Positions 38,795 to 49,225 of a stretch of DNA of 64,000 nucleotides are shown one piece after another (positions within the stretch are counted from its first letter, which is position 1; every line of letters starts with the position of its first letter). Made by a program: the position numbers and the translations under genes. The notes below the pieces were generated by a model, which saw only the letters and a program-made list of their open reading frames with translations, was not told the DNA's origin and ran no database searches. Source of the stretch: Heterodontus francisci (Eukaryota); NCBI RefSeq assembly GCF_036365525.1, contig NC_090372.1, forward strand, positions 168,083,771 through 168,147,770, in the 5' to 3' direction.

Positions 38795-39402
38795 GTAAAA
38801 CAAATTAAGCAGAAAACAGCAGTACAAGGAAATACCCCAGGCTGGTGTTGAGGCTTCGGCCTCGGCACCGTCCTGACTTTCATCTTCAATTCCATATCAG
38901 TTTTAGGTCTGGGAAGGTCTGAGATTTACTTGTTCCCAGAGAAAAACCTTCAGATGGTTTATACGATGTCTTCCGTGTTTTAATAAGAATTGTTTTAAGT
39001 GGAGGCTCAGTGACTGTCCAGTGTTTTCTCTTGTGTTAATATTAAGTGTCTCATTTTATAACCTATAAGGCTTCCTGGATTCCATGTTGTGACTTCTTAA
39101 TGAAACAGTTTCGTACAATTAATCGGAATCGTGCAATAGGATTAGTAATTGGTGTGTATGTGCCTATGAATGTGTGTCTGCATATGCCTATACTCATGAA
39201 GGTTTGCACTGGGAGTGCAAACGATTTCATTGGCGGAACAGACTTGAGGGGCTAAATGGCCAACTCCTGTTTTTCTGTTCCAAATTTTTGTGTATATGTA
39301 TATATGTCTTTGCGTGTAGACATAATGCGTTTGCATGTTTCTCTAAATATGTGCGTGTGTCTACATGTGTATGTGTGCTTGTGACTGCGCAGATATGTGG
39401 AA

Positions 39403-39580
39403 AAGGACTTGCATTTATATAGCACCTTTTACACCGACGGGACGTCTCAAAGTGCTTTAGAGCCAATTAAGTACTTTTTAAAGCCACTGTTGTAATGCAG
39501 GAAACACCGGACCAGTCTGTGCACAGCAAACACGCACAAACAACAATCTGTGAATAACCAGGTAATCTGTTTTTGTGACT
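39403..39580 (-). mobile_element. 3' part of a Deu-domain-type SINE (AmnSINE/SacSINE-like) with L2-type tail
   Basis: acttgcatttatatagcacctttt..gacgtctcaaagtgcttt..gccaat.aagtactttt..cactgttgtaatg.aggaaac..gcacagcaa; family recognised from memory. Confidence 0.6.
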
Positions 39581-39584
39581 GGGA

Positions 39585-42120
39585 ATATATGTGTTGCGTG
39601 CGGTGTGAATGTTGTGCCTGTGTGTCTGTGTGTTGTGTGTGTGTCTGCCTTTGTGTGCTGTGTCTGGGTATGTGAGTGCGAATGTTCATGCGCATATGTG
39701 TGTATGGTCTGCATGTCTATATATATATATATATATATATGCTGAATTATGCATCTTGTGCCTATATGCAAGCATATTTATTTCTATGTATATGTAGATT
39801 TATGTACATACACATGTATCTATGTATAACGTGTATACCTATGTGTGTGTGTATATATGCACAAATGTGCGTGTTTATTTGTAGTATCTGGATGCATGTC
39901 TGCATTTATGTATACGTCTGTGCACATATGTGTCTGCGTATATGTCTGAGTGCATGTGTATAGATGTTATGTACATATGCTGTTATGTATATGTAATTGT
40001 GCACATATGTACATGTTAACAGATGCAAATATAGTATACACATCCATACCTATAAATGTGTATATATGGTGTGTGCACATGTCTGTGTATGTATATAAAA
40101 TGTTTGTGCATGTATGCATATGTACAGATATATGTATACATGTATTCACATGTATATGTACATGTGCATGCACAGAGTGTTGGTAACGTGTATATCTGCA
40201 TATTTGTTCTGGTGTATGTATATAGATGCATATATGAATATCTGTATATGCATGCCCACACAGGCAAAATATTGACACTAAATGCATGCATATGTATATA
40301 CACTTACATTTATATTAGATAAATGTGTATACGTGTAGACGTAATGGGTATATGTAGTAGTGTATATATAATGTCTATGCAGCTATATACATACATATAT
40401 ATGCCCTGTTGTCCTGTAGTTTGTGTGTGCATGTACATGCTTGGGTATATGTTTATATTCTTGTGTGAGCATTTGTTTGTGCGCATGTATATATTTGTGA
40501 GTAACTGCGCTTGGCCTAAGTGAGCATGTGTATATATGGGTATGTCTATGCTTGTGTGTGTATATATTTGTGCACACATGTCTACATATATTTGTACACA
40601 CGTGCATATATGTCTAGTGTCATGTGAGTGTGTGTATCTGGATGATGTGCATGTATATATAGTGTGCATATGTATGTACTGATATGCGGATGTGCACATT
40701 TATGTATATATCTATATCTGCACGAGTATATGTCTGTGTGCATGTGTATGTATATTTGCACATGTGCATACTTGTGTATGCATGTAGATGTTTGTGTGCA
40801 TGTCATTGTATATATTTGCATGCATGTGTGTGTGTATTTGTATACGTATATGTGCTGTATATGTGTCATGTATATATTTTTGACTGCTTCTATATGTGCG
40901 TGCATTCATGTGGTTATGTGCGTGCAATTCAGTGTATATGTACATATGGAGTGCCAGTGAGCATGTTTGTGTGTATATATGTTTGTGTATATTTGTGTAC
41001 ATGTTTGCATATGCACATATATATATAGCTGTGTATATATAATTGTGTGCCTGTATGCCTACCTATATGTGTGCCTATATATATGTGTGTGCACAGGCAT
41101 GAGTATGTGTGTCTTGTGTATCTGTGCATGTGCATATTTGGGTGTATTTGTCCATATGTAAGTAAAAGATTTTCCTTTGTGAATATATATATAAATAACA
41201 TCTGTAGAGTGTATATGGGGTTATATATAATGCATATGCATGTGTGCATATTTATATGTGTATATATCGTGTGTATATTTGCATGCATCATGCCGTTTGT
41301 ATGTGCGCAGAGGTGTATGTATATATGTGCAAGCATATAGTGCGCACATGTATATATTTGTGTCTCTCGACTGCTAAATGGAGGTGTGCATATTTATATA
41401 TGCATATGTATGTGCACAAGTGTGTGTGCCTGTATTCACATCTGCATAGGAGCATAGGAAATGGGAGCAAGAGTAGGCCATTTGGCCCGTTGAGCCTACT
41501 CTGCCATTCAAACAGATCATGGCTGGTCATCTACCTCTACGCCATTTCCCCCCACTTATCCTCATAGCCCTTGATGTCATTAGTATCCAGAAATCTGTTG
41601 ATTTCTGTCTTGAACATGCTCAATGATTGAGTTTCCACAGCCCTCTGGGGTAGAGAACTCTACAGAGTCAGCACCCTCTGAGTGCAGAAATTCCTCCTCA
41701 TCTCAGTCTTAAGTGGCCTGCCCTTTATTCTGTGTATGGATTTGCATATATATATTAGTGTTTGTTATAATTGCATGTGTATGCATAAATATGTGCACAT
41801 ATATATGTATGTGCGTGAGTACTGTGTGTGTATGTGTACACATCTGGAGAAGTATGTGTATAAACAAGTGGTTGCTATCTTCACATAGATGTGTGTGTGT
41901 ATATTATATATGTCTGTGTATACATATATGTTTATACATGTGTGTATGTAAATATAGCCTGGATGTATACAGGTGCATATATGTTTGTGTATATAAATGC
42001 ACATGATCATCTACCTCTACGCCATTTTATATATGTATATAAATATGAATATGTATTTTTGTATATCTTTTTGTGTGTGCAGAGGTGTGTGTGTGTATAT
42101 ATGTGTGAGAGTGCATCTGC
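39585..42120. repeat. ~2.5-kb degenerate (TG/TA/CA)n low-complexity block
   Basis: Near-continuous alternating purine-pyrimidine sequence; pure (TA)n at ~39718-39740; source of many spurious ORFs. Confidence 0.95.
41447..41730 (-). mobile_element. CR1 3' tail fragment within the low-complexity block
   Basis: ggagcaagagtaggccatttggccc...gatcatggctg...ccacagccctctggggtagagaa. Confidence 0.85.
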
Positions 42121-42837
42121 TCAATTCTGTCACTTATCCATGGGAGGAGGATGTGTGCCTGATGGGACTGAGGGTGTTCCAAATCTTGCAGCACTGGTCT
42201 ATAACTCAGACCTCTGTAAATGTAACATCTTTGTCTTCTGTCATTTGGTTCTCAGAAGTGTTACGATCTGTCTTTTTCACAAATGGGTCTCAGTAATTAG
42301 AACATTTTATACTTCCTAACTATCAGCAAACGCACGTAAGCTGGTCATAATTTAATGCATTAAAAAACTTAATTTAAGCTAAGGAAAAACAGTGTTGTTT
42401 CTCTCTTGCAAGTGTTGGTAATTAGACTGTTCATATTTTCTAATGATCAACAAAAGTTATAATAAACAGGCTATTCAGTTGCCAAATTCAAGTGATTTGA
42501 CTTTTGTAAAATCAAGATGAATTGAAATGCATGTCTCGCTTTTAGTACATTTTGTGAAGTTTATAGAGTATATAATTTTAACACCAATTAAATCTACAAC
42601 AGGTGTGTAATCAATAAATCTGCCATTTCCCCCCTTGTACTCATACAGTTTTAAATTAACACCCAATATAGATTTTTCGTGCATAAAATGTTTGAAATTG
42701 TTCTTTTATCTTTCCTTCAAATGATTTAAAAAAACAACCAAATAGATTTTGTTGGAGGCTGGGAAGTAAACATTGGCTCATAAATGCTCCTGATGCAGTC
42801 TGTGAAATAGTGCGCAAAACACATGGCAAATCTATTA

Positions 42838-43071
42838 TAATAAAAGCAAAATATTGCAGATGCTGGAAATCTGAAATAAAAACAAGAAATGCTGGAAATA
42901 CTCAGCAGGTCTGGCAGCATCTGCAGAGAGAGAAGCTGAGTTAACGTTTCAGGTCAGTGACCCTTCATCAGAACTGGATGAAGGGTCACTGACCCTGAAA
43001 CGTTAATGCTGCTTCTCTCTCCACAGGCGCTGCCAGACTGCTGAGTATTTCCAGCATTTCTTGTTTTTATT
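42838..43071. mobile_element. Penelope-like short element with inverted duplication (~95-bp-arm hairpin) in an MLLT10 intron
   Basis: Arms 42875-42969 and 42977-43071 are near-perfect reverse complements; near-perfect TSD ATGG(C)AAATCTATTA at 42823-42837 and 43072-43085. Confidence 0.88.
42939..42975 (-). ncRNA. Minimal type-I hammerhead ribozyme motif
   Basis: Minus strand AGTT-CTGATGA-A-GGGTC-ACT-GACCT-GAAAC-GTT-AACT: stem I AGUU/AACU, CUGAUGA and GAAA core boxes, stem II, palindromic ACGU stem III, GUU triplet. Confidence 0.7.
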
Positions 43072-43733
43072 ATGGAAATCTATTAGTCTGAATTTAAACT
43101 AAGACAGTCTATGTTGTGGGCAAAAAGATAAAGTCCAAGCCCAAGCTTTTGGGAGAAGCTGAGGCCTTCAGGTAAATTTTTTAATGCAGGTATTAATGGA
43201 CAAAAGAGAAATAATTGTTATGTTATTTTGGAATAGGTATTTTAAAAAAAATTGTTTGAAATCTTATTCTGGAAAGTTGAAATTTTACTTGGAAAGCATT
43301 TTCATAAACCAGTTTTTGAGTATTTTGTGTAATTTGAGTGATTCATTAAAAGACTGACCGAAATGGACAACTAGGGATTTTGGTTGAAACAGATTGATGC
43401 ACGGTATTTCTGGACTGAAAGAATTACACAGGAAGTAAGGCTAATATGTACAGGATTGTATGACAAATGGAAGTTTTTAATATAGACAGTTTTGTATGTG
43501 CAAAAATACAATGTGTACTCTATATTTACACAGTGTGCACTGCGTAAGAACATGTATGTATTTGCGTATATATTTTCCTGTAGATTTTTTCAAACAGACT
43601 ACAAAAGGTACACGAATACTTTACAGTAAAAAGAAACCTGTGTATTTTTAATCTGGTTACTATTTCCTTTAGTTATGGCTAGGTATTGGGGATGTTGGAG
43701 ATCGATTGTTTTTTTTTGCCTTTACTATTGCAG

Positions 43734-43813
43734 CATGTTATGGCATTGTGCAAGTACCCACTGGACCGTGGTTTTGTAGAAAATGTGAATCGCAGGAGAG
43801 AGCCGCCCGAGTG
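43734..43813 (+). CDS. MLLT10: MLLT10 coding exon 2
   Basis: ttgcag|CA TGT..; (A)CYGIVQVPTGPWFCRKCESQERAARV; 80 nt; donor GTG|GTGAGT; phase-compatible. Confidence 0.97.
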
Positions 43814-45180
43814 GTGAGTCCACGACTTTCAAATATGCCTCTGGCCCTATAAGAGTTATATCTCCGGTTTAATCCGCAGCTCCAAACTACTGCTGACGCA
43901 TACCAGCGATGATAAAATAACCTAATCTGATGTAGTGATCTTTGTAGTTTCAAAATGTATATTGGCAATAAATTCCTTCATAACTTCAGTTTGTGCAAAT
44001 TGGGCTGCATGGAAATTGTTCAATCCATTTTTATTGCTTCTTGTTGGCTTTTTTATATTTTAAAATGGATTGTCTAATGTTGGGAAGATATATACTGTCG
44101 ACTGAACAGCTCGGCAGTCATGGGTTCAAAACTTGTGCCACAGATTGTGAAACACTAAGATAAAATGTCGATCACTGGCATAACAAAGCTGTTGAGATGG
44201 CTGGATGTGATTTCTTCTCCCCCGCCCGCCCCAACCTTTATTATGGCTCACGTGCCGGTTTTGCAGAGAATGTAGATTTAAAAAAAAAATTCCCTAGTTG
44301 CCTGGTGTCGATTGGTGGAGCAATCACGTTGGGAACACAGCCGTCATCATTGTGTGCGTTCAGTACATGATCAGCGGCCTCCCAAAGTGACGAAAATAAA
44401 ATATGCGGAAGACTATGTGAAGGTCGTCTATTTGCAGTATGTAGGGCAGCGCCTCAAAGACGTTCACTTAGAGCTACAACAGGGAGTTGTTTTCCAAAAC
44501 CAAAGGATCGCATTCTCAGTACGTTTTGGGAGGGGAGGAAAGGGGGGGCGGAGGAGGTTCACTTGCGCCGGTTCTATTTCAGTGTTTAATGAGTAAAAGA
44601 AGTACTTCATATTTTTAGTCGTGGGCTTTAAACATAGAAGCGATTTTATTTTTTGTAATTTCAGCTGGTAGAGTTTCGATCGTTCCTAAATTGTAGCGCT
44701 GTGAATGCTTGTTTTCGTCTTCACGCAAACGGCTCCGTTCGTGTGTTGTTTATGTGGGGGATGGAGAATGCATATAATTCTGGCACTGGTACAATAGCAG
44801 GTTTTCTTTGATAGCAACATAATGAACATTTTAGTTAAGATGTGCTGCTTTCTTAGAGGTATTTGCGTGTGCTCCACCAGATCAATGCTCAACATTGTTA
44901 TTTCAGACTAGAAGGCGAGAGCAAGTGACATTTTCAGCGCAGCTGGGGGTAAAATAAATGGACCATGCTAATTTATGATGCTGTGCAGACAGAGTGGGGT
45001 GTTATTGAAGTATACGAGGTTGGGCGTTTGAATCGAAACCGATTTCAATAAATGAGATACTAGGCGACTTAATTGATTGTGATTAATTCTAGCGACAGTA
45101 TAGCTTGGCAGCCAACGCCAGTGGTTTACATGTGGTATGAGTACAATACTTGTTTATTTTTATACCTTTCTTTTTCCAAG

Positions 45181-45235
45181 AAATGTGAACTTTGCCCTCA
45201 TAAGGATGGCGCTCTCAAGAGGACTGATAACGGAG
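45181..45235 (+). CDS. MLLT10: MLLT10 coding exon 3 (zinc knuckle)
   Basis: ttttccaag|AAA..; KCELCPHKDGALKRTDNG(G); 55 nt; donor G|GTAAGT. Confidence 0.97.
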
Positions 45236-45881
45236 GTAAGTTGCTTTACATTTTAACAAACTAAACTGTGTTTACAATTTTATATATTTGTGCATATTAC
45301 AGATGACGTATTTGGTGACAGTGTAGCCATTCTGTTGTTAAACGGGAAAAACGCTGCTTTGTCAGTAGGCATAACTGTTATAGTTGGGATCAAATAATAC
45401 TTTAGCAAGAAAGTATATATAAGGCGTTTAGTCTGTTATTTCATTGGCGAATTACCTTCGTGTTTTTAGATCAGAATTTTTTTTATTAACCGATTGCAAA
45501 ATCGTTTCATAAGTGAAGGTTGTTAGCGTGAATGTTTGTATTTAGTAATCGTTTTTTTGTAAAAGTACATTTCAAAATTTGAATATTTGTTGGAAACAGC
45601 TACAGAAGGAATTTGTGTGTTTGATATGATCGTGATAGCGTATTCACTTTGAAGAGATTGATGGCTGAATATATGCGAGGACAGATTTGGTAGTTGGGTA
45701 GCATTTGCTGGTTTTGTGTTTTGCACTCACACAATATGTTTTCTATAAATGAGGACATTGGGTCTAATAACTCAAAAGTGACACATTAAAGTGAATTATA
45801 GGTCTGTTGTCAGAAGTGGGGTATTGGTCCACTCAGCAACAATCGTTTTGTTTTTCATATAGTGTATAGTTTGAAAAGTGG

Positions 45882-45897
45882 ACTCCATCTAGTGGCT
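45882..45897 (-). promoter_or_regulatory. Candidate CTCF site
   Basis: Minus strand AGCCACTAGATGGAGT matches the CTCF core CCACYAGRKGG; similar motif GCACTAGATGGC at 50499-50510. Confidence 0.55.
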
Positions 45898-46679
45898 GGT
45901 TGTATGTGAAATTATTTCTATTTGTGATTTCATGTATGCTGATTGCATAATACTTAATATATGTGGTTTGCATGGATATATGCTTGAGGGGTAGCAACGT
46001 ATAATATGATCAGTACTCTGCACATGAAATTGAACAGTGAAATTACTTACCTGTACAATTTTTTAAATAGTCTGCCTTATTTGAAATGGAAAATAATAGA
46101 TCTAAATTTAAGCCCCAATGTTTTCTGGTTGAGTATTTTGTTTTTGGTAAGGTGCTTGACTTTCAATTCGTATCTGAAGAGTAGTTGTAACCTACAGGAG
46201 AGTTTAATCAGGACAGTTTTAATATAAATATCTGATATTGTAAATTGCATATTTTGATATGTTCAGTTACAAAAAAGGCATCCTAGAAGCTAGATCCATT
46301 TTTAATAAGAACATTGAACTGCTTTTTTAACAGCAAGTCATAAATACCACTGTACATTTAGTTTCATCAAATAGAATATATTGGACTGGGGATCGAGTTG
46401 AAAGAAATAGTTTGTTTCCTTAGGTTAGTAGGTAAATGCTGTTTGATACCTGAGTTAACTGATGTGAATTGCTGCAGAAGCTTTCCTCTGCAAGGAAAAA
46501 ACGAACTAAGCTGTTTTATTGTATTGTTAACCCAGTGAATTTTCCTGTTGTAAATTCTGTATATTTGAACATAAGTGAAAACTGTATCAGTGCTGCAGTG
46601 TCGTCCATGGTCAAATAGTTTGATGGCACTGTATAGAGTCGTACATGAAGAATAAGCACATAAGTGAGTTAGAGTTGTT

Positions 46680-48165
46680 TACAAAATAGAAGGAGGCCAT
46701 TCGGCCCATCGAGTCCATTCTGGCTCTCCGCATAACAGTCCAGCCAGTCCTACTCTCCCGCTTGATCCCAGTAGCCCTGCAAGTTTATTTACTTAAAGTG
46801 CCCATACAATTTACTTTTGAAATTAATGATTGTCTCCACTTTCACCACCCTCATGGGCAGCGAGTTCCAGGTCATTAGCAACGCTGCGTAAATAAGTTCT
46901 TCCTTACATTCCCATTGTATCTCTTGCCCAAAACCTACAATCTGTGTCCCCTAGTCCTTGTACCATCAGTTAATGGGAGCAGTTTTTCCTTGTCTAACTT
47001 ATCTAAGCCTGTTATTATCTTGTACATCTCTATCAAATCTCCCCTCAGTCTCCTTTGCTCCAGGGAGAACAACCCCAGCTTTTCCAACCTAACCTTGTAA
47101 CTAAAATTGCCCATCTCTGGAACCATTCTGGTAAATCTTCTCTGCACCCTCTCAAGGGCCCTCACACCCTTCCTAAAGTGTGGTGACCAGAAATAGATGC
47201 AGTACTCCAGTTGGGCCTAACCAGAGCTTTATAAAGGTTCAGCATAGCTTCCCTGCTTTTGTACTCAATGCTTCTATTTAGGAAGCCCAAGATCCCATAT
47301 GCTTTGCTAACCGCACTCTCAATATGTTCTGCCACCTTCAAAAATAGATGCACATTCACTGGAACGACGGAGGTGGAGGGGTGACATGATAGAGGTTTAC
47401 AAAGTTATGAGCGGCATGGACAGAGTGGATAGTCAGAAGCTTTTTCCCAGGGTGGAAGAGTCAGTTACTAGGGGACATAGGTTTAAGGTGAGAGGGGCAA
47501 AGTTTAGAGGGGATGTGCGAGGCAAGTTCTTTACACAGAGGGTGGTGAGTGCCTGGAACTTGTTGCCGGGGGAGGTGGTGGAAGCAGGTACGATAATGAC
47601 GTTTAAGAGGCATCTTGACAAATACATGAATAGGATGGGAATAGAGGGATATGGTCCCCGGAAGTGCAGAAGGTTTTAGTTCAGGCAGGCATCAAGATCG
47701 GTGCAGGCTTGGAGGGCCGAATGGCCTGTTCCTGTGCTGTACTTTTCTTTGTTCACCTCCATGTCCCACTGTTCCTGCATACTCTTTTTAGAATTGTGCC
47801 ATTAAATCTATGTTGCCTCATCCTATCCCTTCTACCAAAATGTATCACCTCACGCTTGTCTGTGTTAAATTCCATCTGCCACTTGTCTGCCCATTCTGCT
47901 TATCTATGGCCTGTTGCAGGCAGTTCGTATCAACTTCATTGTTTGCCAGTCCACCCACTTTGGTATCATTAGCAAATGTTGAAACTCTACTCTGTATTCC
48001 AAGATCCAAGTCATTTATATATAGCAAAAAAAGGCACTGCCCCTTGAGGAACACCACTGACTACAATCCTTCAGTCTGTAAAACAACCGTTTACCGCGAC
48101 TCACTTTTCTGTCCTTGCGCCAATTTTTTTTATCCAGTTCGTCACTTAATTTCCTATTCCATGAG
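46680..48165 (-). mobile_element. CR1 LINE 3' region, split by a second CR1
   Basis: ALERVQRRFTRMVPEM..LGLFSLEQRRLRGDLIEMYKI; LYINDLDLGIQSRVSTFANDTKVGG. Confidence 0.9.
47360..47751 (+). mobile_element. Younger CR1 3' fragment inserted antisense into the previous CR1
   Basis: MIEVYKVMSGMDRVDSQKLFP..FFTQRVVSAWNLLP plus tail; TTCAC duplicated at 47355-47359 and 47752-47756. Confidence 0.9.
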
Positions 48166-48202
48166 TTAGTGGAGAGTTGCTGATGTCTGTTGCACTGTTC
48201 CT

Positions 48203-48580
48203 GAGCACAGTGGCGCAGTGGTTAGCACCGCAGCCTCACAGCTCCAGCGACCCGGGTTCGATTCTGGGTACTGCCTGTGCGGAGTTTGCAAGTTCTCCCT
48301 GTGACCGCGTGGGTTTTCGCCGGTGCTCCGGTTTCCTCCCACATCCAAAGACTTCCTCCCACATCCAAAGACTTGCAGGTTGATAGGTAAATTGGCCATT
48401 ATAAATTACCCGTAGTATAGGTAGGTGGTAGGGGAATGGAGGGAAGGTGGGGATGTGGTAGGAATATGGGATTAATGTAGGATTAGTAGAAATGGGTGGT
48501 TGATGGTCGGCACAGATTCAGTGGGCCGAAGGGCCTGTTTCAGTGCTGTATCTCTAAATAAATAAATAATAAATAAATAA
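48203..48580 (+). mobile_element. Full-length tRNA-derived V-SINE (HE1-like)
   Basis: A box TGGCGCAGTGG 48211-48221; B box GGTTCGATTC 48255-48264; V-domain core (gtgggttt..ccgg.tgctccggtttcctcccaca); CR1-type tail; (TAAA)n end. Confidence 0.9.
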
Positions 48581-48599
48581 ACATCATTCCTTGTTGGGA

Positions 48600-49225
48600 G
48601 AATCAAACAAGCACAGAAGGAGGCTATTTGGTCCGTCATTTCAATGCTAGCTCTTGATAAGAGCAACTCCGCTAGTCCCACTTACCTGCCTTTTCCCTGT
48701 AGCCTTGCAGTTTTTTTTCTTTCTGGATAATTATCCAATTCCAGTTGGAAAGCCACGATTGAATCTGCCTCCACCACAGTCTCTGCAGCGCATTCCAGAT
48801 CCTAACCACTCACTGTGTTTAAAAAAAAATGTTTCTGTTCATGTTGCCTTCGGTTCCTTTGCCAGCCGCCTTGAACCACTGTCCTCTGGTTCTTGACCCT
48901 TCCGCCAATGGGCATAGTTTCTCCCTATCTACTCCGTCCAGATGTCTCCTGATTTTGAACGAATCTATGAAATCTCAACCTTCTTTAAGGAGAATAGCCC
49001 CAGCTTTTCCAAGCTATCCAAGTAACTGAAGTCCCTCATCCTTGGAACCATTCTTGTAAACTTTTCTGCACCCTCTCTAATACCGTTACATCATTCTTAA
49101 AGGTGGTGCCCAGAATTGGACACAATACTTGTGTTGAGGCTGAACCAGTATTTTATGAAGGTTTGCCATAACCTCCTTGCTTTTGTGTACTCTTCCTCTA
49201 TTTATAAAGCCCAGGATCGCATATG
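48600..49225 (-). mobile_element. Degenerate CR1 3' fragment
   Basis: Reverse complement of the CR1 ORF2 end (tgtcctctggttcttgacc, gcaccctctc, gtgcccagaattggacacaatac). Confidence 0.8.

Noticed and set aside
39046-42319. Dozens of overlapping 60-140 aa ORFs rich in C/V/Y/M/I/H/T
   Set aside because: Artefacts of (TG/TA/CA)n low-complexity sequence, present in all six frames
42875-43071. Long hairpin as a possible pre-miRNA
   Set aside because: Better explained as an inverted duplication of a multi-copy TSD-flanked repeat; no known miRNA recognised
48203-48275. tRNA-like sequence with A and B boxes (also ~56564-56645)
   Set aside because: Heads of SINEs, continuous with SINE core and LINE-derived tail; not tRNA genes
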